Source of the DNA: the human T2T-CHM13v2.0 reference genome, Homo sapiens
Assembly (NCBI RefSeq): GCF_009914755.1
Contig: NC_060930.1
DNA length: 64,000 nt
Direction: 5' to 3' (one strand)
Shown here: positions 1 to 12,860 of the stretch, piece by piece
Layout: each line of letters begins with the position of its first letter
Numbering within the stretch: position 1 is the first letter of the stretch
The notes under the pieces: model-generated
Seen by the model: the letters and a program-made list of their open reading frames with translations, nothing else
What the model was told of the DNA's origin: nothing
Databases searched by the model: none
Translations under genes and position numbers: made by a program

Positions 1-88
1 CTCTCCCTTGGGCTCTGATGAAAAATTGTTGACTGCAGTTTCGGAAGTTTGATCTGAGAACCAACCATAGAATGTTTCAGTTCTAGGA

Positions 89-540
89 AATAAAACCAGT
101 TGATTAAAGCAAATTTTCTCCGGCCTGTTCCTTTGGCTTCTAAATAATTGGTTCTTAAATGGAATGCTCCTCTTATTTTTTATACATCTTGTGTTAAAGC
201 AATTGTAATATACAGGGACATTTTAGAATCACCTTTGAGAAACCTTTGTTATCTTAAGGTCTCTATCCTTCACTTCGTCTGTAATAGTCACTACCACTGA
301 TTTGAATAAATGGAAACAAGTTAACTTAGAATGTTTGGATGCTGACAAATTGGGACAATGCTTTGCCAAAGAACTGCTTTGTGGAAAAATAGGGTGAAGG
401 GATTGGCCTTTTTTTTTTTTCTTGCTTCCCCACGTGTAATACTGTTTCTTCCAATGCCTTACTCATGAAAATAAGACAGTTGCTTTATACTCCCAGTTTG
501 TAAAATAAATAGTATTTGTAGACTATTTTGCATTTGCAAG
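89..540 (+). terminator. Candidate 3'-end/polyadenylation region (possible end of an upstream transcript)
   Basis: AATAAA at 89-94, 305-310 and 504-509 in repeat-free sequence. The last has TGTA just upstream (499-502) and T/GT-rich sequence downstream. No gene recognised. Confidence 0.3.
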
Positions 541-824
541 TGGCTTTGTGCAGATATCTCAGGATATTTAAATATAATAATTGTTACGTATTGGGCATCC
601 TAATTTCTGTATTCATCAACATTGCATGCATACGTGGCTTCAGTAAATACTGTAGTCCTTCTCATAGAACGTGCTATGGCATCACTAACCAGCGTGGTTG
701 GCAGCTGGAGACAACCCTGTTTTCCATCCCTGAAAAGATGGTATTATTTTACTTCAAGATGTATAAATCAGATGATTCCTTGTTTTTCAATTACTGTTAT
801 TGCAATAATATTAATACTAGAAGT

Positions 825-1015
825 TACTAGTCACTGAATGTCTACTCTGTGTCCTGAAGATGACTTCATTCAATCTTTGTAATAATCTGGCAAGGTAGGC
901 ATTAATACTCAAATTTTTCATTGGAAGAAGCTCTGGTTCAGAGGTTAAGTGGCCTTTCCTGCATTCCACAGAACATTCAGTATTCAAACACAGGTTTTAC
1001 TAGTCCAGAACCCGC
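825..1015 (-). mobile_element. MIR SINE
   Basis: Antisense MIR core (aaggtaggcatta...cagaggttaagtgg...attcaaacacagg). Confidence 0.6.
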
Positions 1016-1104
1016 GATCTTTCTCCTGAAGGGCACATTTAGAAAAGCACTAACAATGAAATCAGAAGTCAATAAAAGCCGTTTTAGTATTAATAACAAG
1101 AAAT

Positions 1105-1340
1105 CATGATAGTAGCTATTACTGAGTCTCTGAAGTGAGCCAAGCAGTACAGTATGTTTTACATGTGATGTCTTTATTAATACAACTACCTAATTAGGTA
1201 GCTACTAATACCTCTGTTTTAGAGCTCAGGGAGCTGGGGTTCAGAGATGTTAAACAATTTTCCCAAGGTCATACAACTAGTAAATGACAAAGCCAAGATT
1301 CAAAAGCAGGTCTTTCTCATTCTGAATCATAGGTGCTTTG
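1105..1340 (-). mobile_element. MIR SINE, near full length
   Basis: ttcagagatgttaaacaattttcccaaggtcatacaactagtaaatgacaaagccaagattcaaa is the reverse complement of the MIR core. Confidence 0.8.
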
Positions 1341-1861
1341 TTTCATTATATTTTATTGCTTCCCATTGAATAAAACTTTCTACTGAATACAATGGGTGTA
1401 CTTATTCTCCCCTACTATTTTGAAACAAACATTTAGAAATCTGTAAGGCAAAAAATATATTAATGGATGTTGCTAGTGGGTGTTTAAACAGTATCATTTG
1501 GGGCAGCACCTGACAAGTGTTTTGTCTTTAAATGACTTGGTAAAATGATAAGGACAACTGCACATTGAATATTTTTCAAGTTGGATGTGACTATAGGAAG
1601 TTTGAATATGGATCGGTATTTTCGCCGCAGGTGGGCATATGATTCTGATAAGGGTTTTATGGAGGCACATCTTCTGAAATGATTCAATAATGTGAAGTAT
1701 AGAAAATGAAATTACTACCATTTGTGTCTATTTCTTTGCACTATTTCTTTCCTCTTTTTGTGCTTCTAATATTGGGGATAGAAATAATTGTTTACTAGGA
1801 CTTAACACACACATTTGCCTTCTTGATGATGATGGTATTGAAGTGAAAACAGTAATCCGAT

Positions 1862-1944
1862 ACTGGAAACCCAAACCTCACCATTATGCAACGTATCCAT
1901 GTAACAAACCTACACACGGATCCCCTGAATCTAAAATTAAAAAA
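1862..1944 (+). mobile_element. L1PB-type 3' terminus
   Basis: cccaaacctcaccattatgcaa...catgtaacaaacctacacac...cccctgaatctaaaattaaaaaa. Confidence 0.75.
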
Positions 1945-2814
1945 TCACTTCCAAGAAATTCGGCATGGATCACAATTAGCAAGCAAGAAGCTTAAAAAAA
2001 AAAAGATAGTCCAACTAGTAGTACATCTAATGAATGATACACTGAGTTACTAAATACAATTAAACCTAACAAAAGGAACTATGGAGAAAATCTATATTCT
2101 CAGCCCTGTTTTCCTGGGTATTATACCCCATTTATATGCTTTGGTGGCCAAGAGATGTTTTTGTGTGGACTGAAAAATATGCTGCTTTTAATATTTTCTT
2201 TGATTATTGAAAATTCCCAATAATTCCAGTGCTGTTTTTGTTTTCGTCTGAATAACGTGTGCCTCAGTGACAAAATTACTGATCAATGACTAGTTACTTA
2301 ACTGAACCAAGGGTGCTTGCTGCTCAACCTTTTGCTGATGCTGTGTTGTCAGTAGTCCAAACGTGTCCATGAGTGTTTGGAAGATCTTGTTTAAAAGTTG
2401 CATGTAAATGTATGCTTGTGATATTGCCAGTGATTTGCAGACACATTTAGCATACTATTTCCTATAAGGTTTTCAAAGTATTTGATATTTCACACAAACG
2501 TTACTCCAGCAAGGGATTGAGATGCCATTGAGGGCTGTCAATTTTTCTGTTTTCTTTTTCTTTCAGGCAGGATTGAGCTTTCAGCTGCTCTGTAGATTCT
2601 CATCAGAGGTGCAGACTCTTCTTTGTGGATCATACCTACATTTTATTTTTCCTGAAAATATAGTATGTATTCAGGGCACACAGGCATCTTCTATTCACTT
2701 CATCATCAACACTTGTCAAACAAAAACTGCTATTCATGCTACAGACTCATGCAGCTCCCTGCATTTTGAAAGAATTGCCTCCCTCTTCTGAGCCTGGCTC
2801 AAGGTAAGACCCAT

Positions 2815-2990
2815 CCCTTTGTGTTCCTGTAGAGCCCTATACTTGCACTGATGGTGTTCTAATTTCTTGTGTATTGCTTGCTCTTCCACTAGACTGGAGG
2901 ATAAAGGAAATGTGTTTCATTAATATTTACTCCCACTTCCCAAACATGTCACAATCAGCACACAATAGATACGTTCTAAATGCTCGAAGG
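2815..2990 (+). mobile_element. L2 3' end
   Basis: ccactagactg...gcacacaatagatacgttctaaatg resembles the L2 3' tail. Confidence 0.5.
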
Positions 2991-4079
2991 TCTGTTGTCA
3001 AATATTCCTTATAATCGTGGTGCTGGAGTAAAAGTCATGTGATGTTGAACACATTCCGATTCTGAAAGCAGAGAGGCAGGGTAAACTGGCCAGTATACTA
3101 ATGGCAAGTGTGAGTTGGGGTGATTTTCTGTCTGTGTCATAGCTGCCTAGATTAGGTGACTTGATGACACTGACAGTTCTTACAGACCCAGAGAAATTTC
3201 CCTTTTAATGTCAAGGTAATGCTATTTATTTTCTCTAGATCTTCCCTCCATCTGGGTCACTTGTAGTTTAACCTTGTATAGTGCATTTGAGCCCCAGGTA
3301 GACAAGGGAGCATCTTGCGTGCTTCCAGGCAGGAGCCATGTATTCACCATTCAGCCAAAAATTTACAATAATAAAGAGTAAGTATGCCAAAAGGAACTTG
3401 TATCTGCCATTCTCTCAGCCTCTTGTCATGTAGACACCTCATTTGCTGTAGACACTTCTCAGAATGTAATATCTTTGAAGGAAGGGGATCTGTTCACCCC
3501 ACAATATGGTTGGCCTGAATCTTATAAGCCAATTATCTGTCTTGAATATAAATAAGTTATCTTTTCCACTACTGGTGAAAAAACTGACTGTATTAAACCT
3601 TGAGATATCTAAAATAGAGACATTCTAAGTGATTTTCCAGACTAATTCTGACAGCAGGCGATTTTCTCTATGCAGTCTGTTTTTATATGTAAACTTCAAT
3701 TTCACTGAAATGGTCTTGAGAATGCCAGAGGATACACAGAGAAGATCATAGCAAAAGGCTCTGATGGCCAGAGGCAGCTTGGGGCATATGTTGACCAAGG
3801 GCAGCCCTAGTCATAGAATGGCCAAGCCGTTGCATGGGGACCAAAGAAAAACAAATTTATCCTACTTTATTGGCCTGATGTGTGGTCATTGTCCAAGAAC
3901 TGTGAGTCATTTGGTGAGTGCCCTTTTCTTCCCTCTGTTTTTTTTTTTTAAATCAGTTTGAGAAGGCTCTTCCTTCTGCTCAGAAAGCTTATAGCTCTCT
4001 TCTCTTCTTCCTCTTGTTGTAGAAGTACTGTGTCATAGTACTTTCCCTGAAGTACTATGTCAAAATGAGGTATCACTTT

Positions 4080-4288
4080 AATGTGTTCCCATAAGACCTT
4101 GGTTTTACCTTTATAGTATCTACTGCACTCACCTATAGTTATCCATTTATTGGTTTTTATGAAGTAATAGATTGTACATTCTGTATGGAGAGGACTGTAT
4201 CATTTTACTTATTTAAACCAAGGGCCTGGTTCATATATATATTAAGCACTCAATAAATGGTTGCTAATAAGAAAATGAATGAATGCAT
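4080..4288 (+). mobile_element. L2 3' end
   Basis: tagattgtacattc...gcctgg...aagcactcaataaatggttg...aatgaatgaatg. Confidence 0.65.
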
Positions 4289-4624
4289 GGCTAAATCCTG
4301 GGGCTCACCCACCCTTACTCCAGCCCCAAGAGGAAAGTTTGAGGAATCTTGTCATGCCTAGTAAAAAATGGTAAGGGGAGCCAAAGATTGTTTTTCACTC
4401 ACGTTGTACCATTGATTAAACAAGATTATTTTGTTATAAATAGGTGTTGGTCTCACAAAGTAGCAGACCTTAGCAATGCTGAAGCCTAAGGAGGATAAAT
4501 CAAATGATCCAAGTTTGCCCTCTGAATCTGAGTGTGAATATGCATGTCAAACACAACATTCATCTGCTTTAGTGATTTTTCTCTTTAATATTCTGATATT
4601 TTATCATCAACTTCCTTTAATATA

Positions 4625-4845
4625 GGAAGCATCTTGGTGGTTTCTGGCTTTGGAGTCATCCAATCTTAGATTTAAATCCTGGGCTCCACTATTTAAGAGC
4701 TATGTGATCTCAGTTTCCTTGAACTAAAAGCTGTGATAATGACTTTCATGTGACAGCTTTGTTGTGAGAAGCAAATATGCTCATGTATGTTGAAATATCA
4801 AGCATAGTATCCAGCACAAAATAGGCACTATGTACATGTTAATTC
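4625..4845 (+). mobile_element. MIR SINE
   Basis: ggctttggagtca...aaatcctgggctccactattta...gctatgtgatctcagtttcc...gttgtgaga...cagcacaaaataggcact. Confidence 0.75.
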
Positions 4846-4970
4846 CAATCCCTTCCATGTGTATCCAGAGAACTAATGTTACCGTTTCATATATTGCAGC
4901 CCAACTTATCACCTTTATTTAGAAAACACTGGAGGCCTTTGCCAGACGCAAGCAGCTCCCTCGTTTTGAG

Positions 4971-4994
4971 ATATATATATATATATATATATAT
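4971..4994. repeat. (AT)12 microsatellite
   Basis: Direct reading. Confidence 0.95.
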
Positions 4995-6074
4995 GATAAT
5001 TCTAAATTTAGTCTGTCCATACGCAGAGAGGAGCTAAAAATCTTATCCTCCCAATTATTCATATTGCTCTTCAATATCTTCTTAAATTCCCTCACTGGTA
5101 GCTGAGCTACTTTATACAGACACATCCGGTTTTAAAGATTCCTCTTTCTTGGCATGACTCATCCCTCCTGTGGCCAGTTTTATTCCTCCTGTTATTTCCC
5201 TAGGATCCATTCACTGTTTTCCAGGGGACATTTCCTAAATGTGTCTCCTTGAATGCTTTGTATTATTTCTGATTTTTTCCAACTATAGAAATAGTAATTA
5301 TATTGCTGTAGTTATTTCTTGGCTTCCTGGCCTTTTTTTCTAATGTACCTTTCCTTTCACACATAATTTTAATGAGCTGCCCAACTCGATTACTAAAAGG
5401 CACTGGAGTATTACAAGGGTTTGACCGTTCTTTCCAGAGGTTCTCTCTGGTTTTACATCCTCCTGTGATCTACCAAGCGTCACTTAATTTTTCTTTCTCT
5501 TTTTTCTTTCACACCCTGGCCAACTCTTCATCACAGTCATTATCCACCTCTGTTGGTGATCTACTTAACATTTCATTAAAAAATATGTTCAGCTCAGCTC
5601 CTTTCTTCCTACTCTTCACATGTCAACAAGACCTGCTTTCCACCTTTCACTTGTGATTCTTCTGGTGCTCAGAATTTGTCAATCATTAGTTCTCTTTTTG
5701 GTGCAGTCTCTCCACACACCCACCCTCAGCACATCTGTATTTCAGTCTAGGCTGCATTCCCATCAACTGCCATTCTTTTTTTTCCACCTGTTTTCTGTCC
5801 TTGTTTTTACCCTTAGATGTTGGGACATCACACTGATTTTAGTCAATGAATACTTTGATGATAGTGCCTCAATAAGCCTTTTAAAAGAAAAGCAGAAATA
5901 GGAAAAGACAAAGATAACTGTCCTATTTTATGAATCTCATTTTTTTTTAAAGTTAAAATCTGCTGAACTATTAGAAACATAATAACGTTGCTTCCACATA
6001 TTTTGGAGGTTGTTAGATGTGAAAACTGGAGGAGAAAGCATTGCCACAAGGAAGGGGGTGTGCCTGCATTGCAG

Positions 6075-6230
6075 GAGGGCCTACTGTGAGGATGGGGACA
6101 GAGCAGTGAATGAGGCAGAGAAGCTACCTACCGTCCTGAAGCCCATATTTCATGGGAAAGACAGACAGACAATGAATAAATGAGACCATTTCAGAATGTG
6201 ATCATATCAGGGTGTGACAGAGAATAAGTG
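6075..6230 (-). mobile_element. L2 fragment
   Basis: ggggacagagcagtgaatgaggcagag...agacagacaatgaataaat matches the antisense L2 3' region. Confidence 0.55.
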
Positions 6231-6459
6231 AGGAATATATATTTTCAATTATGTTAAAATTAAACTTTGTATATTAGACTGCTCTTAGGAAGTGTGTGGC
6301 TCATTTCAAATTCAACCATTTTGGTAGAACAAAGTATTTCTGCAGTACTGTGAGTTTATAGCTCTATTGCCTGTACTAGTGGTTCTCCATCTTTTTAATG
6401 TGTAGAAAAAGATCCTGGACACTTTCATACCAGTAAACATTTCTCTGTGTGTGCAGCAT

Positions 6460-6735
6460 CAACAATAATAACAGCACCCACTTACTGAATGTTTACTATG
6501 TGCCACATGCTCTTCTAGGGGCTTGAGATACATTACTAAACAATATAAATAAAGTTCCTGGCTTTTTGGTGCTTCCATTTTAGCAGATGGAAAAAGGCAA
6601 TTAGAAATAAACTTAATAAATAAGGAAATTATGTTGATGTTAGAAAGATGTAAATGCCATTGGAAAAAACAAAGCAATGGCTAGAGAGTAGTAGGCGGAG
6701 GTGGTGCAATTTCAAACACAGCAGTAAGAATGGTG
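6460..6735 (-). mobile_element. L2a fragment
   Basis: cacttactgaatgtttactatgtgccacatgctcttctaggggcttgagataca...gttcctggc. Confidence 0.7.
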
Positions 6736-9700
6736 GCCAAGTTTATGTGAACACCTGGGGCTTTCTCTTTCCCTCCTCCGTAAGTCATCACATGAGAAAA
6801 TAAGTAAACAGAGTGGCATCCTTATAAAGATTACCTTGAATCATTATAATTGGTAAAATAGAAATAATCCACAATCTCAAATACTTTACTATTTATAAAT
6901 TATTGCTAGTGGCACACCTCCCAGCCAAGAGAGAGACATGAATCCTATAACATCTGAAATGAAAGCCATTGCTTGGTACCAGTTTATTATATATACCTGT
7001 GTGGCATCTTTTGCATTGTGATATAGACCATATTTGACCTTTATTTTATTTACCATTTTGCATGCATTTAATTCCTCAAATAGAAAATACTCAACCACAG
7101 GGACCATGAAATTTGTTTTTCTGAATCTTCTGCAATACCTAGCAGAGCGCGTCACAAATCATCATCTGTTTTTATTGACTAACTTAATGTAATGAAGTCA
7201 CAATTTAGGCACATGTTAACAGCATACCTCAGCATCCTGAGAGCATGTGCACATATGAGATAAGTTTCCCGTGAGACAGGAGTCCTAGTAGTAGCTGGAT
7301 GCCAATGAGCTGGATGTCACGGAGTATTCATGAGGCATGTTGTTATTGCATGCTACAGTTTAAGCTTTGCAGAGTAGACATATTTGCCTGAACACCTGCC
7401 CCATCCCCATCTTTATAGCTGATGTCACTCACTTTTAAATGCAAACTGAGTGGTTGACATTGGAGTATGCATAGCAAGGGAAGTATGTATGTGCAGGTGG
7501 GGAATATTCTAAAGACAAATTTCTATTTTGCAGTTCCTTTCAAGGTCAAGTTTTTCTTAAATCATATAGAGATACTTCTCTATTACATTTATTGTCATTC
7601 TTAAATCATTTTAGGCTTTGGAAGCCTTCTCCATTTTTTTTTTCTGGTCCGGAATCTGAATTGTTGTTTGATGACAGGAGCCAGACTTTAGAATTGGTAT
7701 AATAGATATAAATCTACTGTGTTCTCGATATGCTATCCAGACTTCCAAGTAGAGGCCTTGTGAAGTCCTGGGTTTTGTAAAATATAACTTGAAATGCCAA
7801 TATTTTAGATAAATAATTGAAGCCTGGGTTGGAATGATAGTGCAGACTGTGTAAAGAGATTCATGTAGGATAAGCTAAAAGCCTTCTTTCACAATGCAGA
7901 GAAAACCCATAGTTTTGCTATTTCTACTTTGTTAGCATTCCTACCAACTGCTCACCTGTGAGCAGGCATTGCCGTTAGGACTGAATGTCACAGCCTTGAA
8001 AAAAATCTACACTAAAGTCCCGTGGTGAGGCAGAAAAAAGAATGGACACACATCAGAGCTGTTCGAGCCACATTAATTACTAAAGTAGCTGAGTATCCAC
8101 CCTCTAATATTTCTTGTGACTGTCAACATGACTACGTAGTTGACAGAGCAGAGCACGTCACAAAGTATCATTCATTTATATTGATTAAATATATAATCAA
8201 TATAGTTAAGTCATGTTGATATTTTATTTTAGTCATGTTATTATAAATGTTTGAATGCCAAGCAGATGGAATTCAGTGCAGGTATACTATAATATTTTTG
8301 ACTCCGTGGATTTAAAAAAGAGAGAGAATAATTACAATGATATTTTACCTTCCAAGTGCTCAGTGTGGAATAAAAAACACAAAACCAAAACATATTCTAC
8401 TTTCTCTTGTCCCACCCTTGCCTCCTCAGAAAAAACATCACCTGTATCAACTCTACAAATACTATACCATGCAAGAGAATAAACCTCTGGCCCTTTGATT
8501 GTGGTCACCCCATGAACTTGTTAAAGAGAGTCCCTCAGGGTTAAATATAAAGAATAATGAACAGCTGAAAAATGCTGGGCTGCAGTGATTCCCAGACCAT
8601 CACACGGAGTCATAGCCTGCCATATGTGTTATCACCCAGAGTGGAAGGGAACCTCCTCCAAGAAGCTGCATATTGGTGAATCCTTTTTTCTGATCCTGTA
8701 GGACCAGGATGGATACCGATTTATCAATTTTGAAAAAACAACAACAAAGAAAGACTACGTCAGAGATGGTTGATGGCAAGGTGCCTCTTTATTCTTGGAG
8801 GACTATTTTAGCTGTTAAAATGAATAGATGCCCCCAAGAATTATATCACAGAAATAATTAGTGTACCATATATCTGCAGGGCTGCTCTCTCTGCACTTTC
8901 CCCAGTTTGGCTCAGGGGACAGACAGTAGTATATTGCTGCTGCCGCCACCGCCTCCCCCTAATAATGGCCATTATTCATAGCAGGGCACTGGAGGTCACT
9001 AGCGTGGTCTTTGTGCAAGAGACCCTACTATTCATCCTGTATTATTCTCTAGATTGTGAGCTACGGCAAATGGATTAGGGAACCAGTTTATTTTTTGTAT
9101 ATGAGATGTAGATTTGACCTTGGGTTGTCCTTCTGCATCCTCTATGATCTCACAAACCCTAGATATAATACAGCAGCCTTGTAAAAAATCTCCAACTGTG
9201 CTTTGGTTTTGAGTTTAAATCACAGTATTCCAATCATTTGTTGGTTTTGCTATAAAGATGCCTGGGGCATCCAGCTTCAACTGAGAGGGCAGACTTGTCA
9301 TTGTTAGTAATTAGAAGGAGCCTGGTACTGATTCAAGGTAGCTCAGAATTCATAAAAAAATTTTTTTTAAACCAAATGTGTTAGTGAGATGTAGTTTGCT
9401 GAATTCATTGTAGCTGTGTGGCTGTCTTTTTAACCTTGCTGCCCTGCTCATTATACATGCAGTCAGTCACCAAAGACCTTGGTTCCCCGCCGTGCTCCTG
9501 AAGCCTGATAAAATGCATCAAATATTAGATGAATCTTCTGGTCTTCTGTCTCTTTCAGATACATGGGTATAGCTATAGATTGAAATAAACTCCTAACATT
9601 TAATGCTGTATATGGGCTGGCGCTTAGTAGGCACAGAATAAATGCCTAATGAATTAATAAATAAATGATTAAGTGAAAAGGATATTGCTTATGGCATTTC

Positions 9701-12179
9701 AAAGTCAGCAACTTTATTTTACTGAGGAAATTAATCAATAGAGAATTGCCTAATCTTGCACACACAAGAAACACTTCTCAGGGAGGCACATTTCTATGAC
9801 TTCTTAGTGTTGGTTTCCTTATCAAGGAGGCAGCATCTAGACATGTAAAACAGTTTTACCTTACCTACAATCCCATTTCAGAGGTTTTTTTATTGTCTCT
9901 ACACAAGGTATTAACACTGATTAGCCACTGGACCCTGCTTTAAAAGTGGGCTTGCCAGAAATAGACAGGGATGCTATTTCAGGAAAACAAAAATCATTTT
10001 AGCAGTGTAACCACAGAACACTGGTGCCACAGCAAATTAATGGATGCCCCACCTTGAACAACGTGTTAAGGTAATATGTGATCATCTCAATTAGTAATTT
10101 CACTCCATGAATTCCAGAGCTGAAGATTAAGGTAGACAAAGTAGAATCACTAACACCTTTATGAATTGTTTATACTTTCATTTGACAATGTCTATGTACC
10201 TTATAAGCTCTTCTTGTATTAAAAATCAAACTTTGTTCAGTTTTTTGATCTATTCATTGATATGCGAGCATAATGTATCTGGAATTTAAGTATGGCTGGA
10301 CTGGAATCAAATTGCAGTTTAATGTAAATATGCACAGAAAGGATAATCAATAAATTTTTGAATTAGCCTTTACTATCATAACCATAAATATACCTTTGGT
10401 TTTTTTCTAGCATATAGAATGTATTATCAACCACGTGAAATCTTTTTGTTTTTCCTTTAGTTCATGACCAGTTAAACGAAAGTTGAAGCTAAATATAAAG
10501 AGAATAAAAGTGAAATTATCATTTAAAAAAGTGAAAAAAGTATGGAGAGTATTTTTGGAACCAAGGAAAATGATCAGAATTTGTATAGTTTGGAAGTGAT
10601 TCTGACCCCGGGCTAGGTCCAGTTCTCCCTGATAGTGAGCAACTCAGCTGTTTCTCTGCCCTGTGTCTCCTTTGTTAACTGACTCTACCAGCATTTTCAG
10701 GTAAACTTGCTGGAAACATTCATTGAGTAATCAATGAATCTTAAAGAATCAGCCACAGAGGTATTTTTATGTAAAATTATGCCCTGTTATTCGAGAAGGA
10801 CATATTTCTGTACACGTGCATAATTACAAGTGTTTAGCTAATACTAGGTTTATGATAAATTCTTCCACCTTCATTTCTAAGATGGTAACGGTTAAAAGTT
10901 TTTGTTTTCTTTTTTTGTGGTGGCAAGTTATAAATTTACATTGGAAATGTATGAGAATTTCTGAAAGCTGTAGATTAACATTTATAACTTCACAGGAAAT
11001 ATTTTAAAAGCTCAACATTTGAATATTTTTGCATTAGTGAAGAGGCCTATTTAGTGAGATCTAAGGATGGATTATGAGTGTGGCTGTAATGCCCATTGAA
11101 AAATGAAGGAAGTGTAATGATTTAAACCAAATTTGAAAAACACTAACCCACAATCTATGTCTTACTTGCCTCCTGGTCAATATGATTTACAATGTATAAT
11201 TAAAGAAGTGTTAAGTTTCTTTAAACATGTGCAGACGAAGCCTAAGATTCATGAAGGCTGAAGGTGTGAGTGACTTATTTAATACCCCTTCTGTTCAAAC
11301 AGGCCAGTTAAGGGCTCTTATTCTTGTGATGGTATGAAACATACATCTTTAACCTCAATAGCCTAATGTTCCTGCTATACTGAAGTATTGAGCAAGGCAG
11401 TCTCGTTTAATGTAATGGTTTCTTTTCTGGCAAACAGAGCTTTATTTCACAACTGGGATAACCCATTACTCAAATCCCAGCAATAGAGTTTTCCATGACA
11501 GTCAGCATTTCTGGTTTCTGATAGTGACCTCTAAAGGGTGACAAGTTTCTCTTTGGCTTAATGCTAGTGAGTAGAAAACATCACCGTGAGGGCAAAGTGA
11601 CCTTGCTTTCCTTACAGAGTTGGGCGAGTCACTCTTTAGATACAACAGAAAATGTAAAATATTTTAAAAGAGATATTTCATTCTCCTACCAGTGAGGTCA
11701 GAACTTAGTTTCCAATTTTGAGAATTGGAACAAGTTGCTACCACTTACTGTTACAAATTTCAAGTGAGGTAACGAGAAATGTGAGAAAAGTGAAAATATA
11801 TGTATCTGACAGCTCTTGACAGCGTTATCATAGAAGGTCAACTTGATTAATGCCACGTGAAAATGAAAGCACACTATAAACCCTGAAAGCTCAGCCCCAA
11901 GAGTGTCTCACATCCAGACAAATCTGGCTGTAATGGCAGTTTCTCCACAACATAAACTGGGGGGAGGTAGGTGGGTATTTGCCCTTTGGTTTAGATGGCT
12001 ACGTGATACAATACAGGCCAGGACCTATTGTTTATATAGATATGCAATGTTGACCCCATTTCACATTTGAGATTTTATTAAATATGTTATCATTCAGAAT
12101 AAAACTGTGCATCTAAGAATGTATATATATGTATAAAAATAAGATCTTTGAGCAGCTGAAATAGACGTCATTGAAGCTC

Positions 12180-12860
12180 ATGCTTGAGAGAATCTGATGT
12201 GTGTCCCTGGGAGTTGGAGGACATCAGGGAGAACTGTGAAGGCAGGTGGTCAGCCTGCCCCGTGAGGAGACCACAGTTTTAAGATACTGAGAGTGTATTA
12301 TGGCAGGTTCTGAGCCAAGGAAGGGTGGTGGGAAAAGGTGATACTGATGCCCATGGGCCACATAGGCAACAATACCTCTGCAGGGCCTTTGGAAGGGCAC
12401 AGTGTTCTCCCCTCACCCGAAAGGAAAAGTATTGATTTGCCTGCAATATGGGATTTTGGCAATAGCTTGAAGATGACTGATAGTGGCACCATAAGAGGAC
12501 TTGTTGCCTTCTGTCCTAGTCATCCTCCTGGGCTGCAATCCAGAGGTGCCAGAGCCCAGAAGAGAGAAGAGAGAGGAGAGAGAAGGCAGTTGTGGTTGTC
12601 AAGGTTGAGAATCATGTTGGACAAGGGAAAGCAAAAGAGACTTATAGAGCTTGTAGACTTAAATTTTAAACTGAGTGAAGTCAGCTGGGACTTTTGCACA
12701 AATGATTATAGTTGAAAAATCATGGAATCTGACTGAGATCACATTAATGGACAAGGAAGCAAGATTGATTTTTTGGAGCTGATTTGAAAACAGTGGTTAT
12801 AAAGAAAAAAAATTACATTTCTGTTTTATTAAGTGAGGAATTTAATCTCATATCCAATAC
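12180..12860 (+). mobile_element. Possible ancient LTR (Gypsy/ERVL-like), family uncertain
   Basis: GA-rich LTR-like body with gggacttttgcac motif and a terminal ataaag...ttacatttct segment; overall impression only. Confidence 0.3.

Noticed and set aside
1618-1642. CTCF-like motif cgccgcaggtgggca (also ggcactggaggtcacta near 8984)
   Set aside because: Mismatches at high-information core positions; not supportable without ChIP data.
7948-7965. Short inverted repeats (ctgctcac-ct-gtgagcag; similar ones at ~16839 and ~17195)
   Set aside because: Arms of 6-8 bp are expected by chance in 64 kb.
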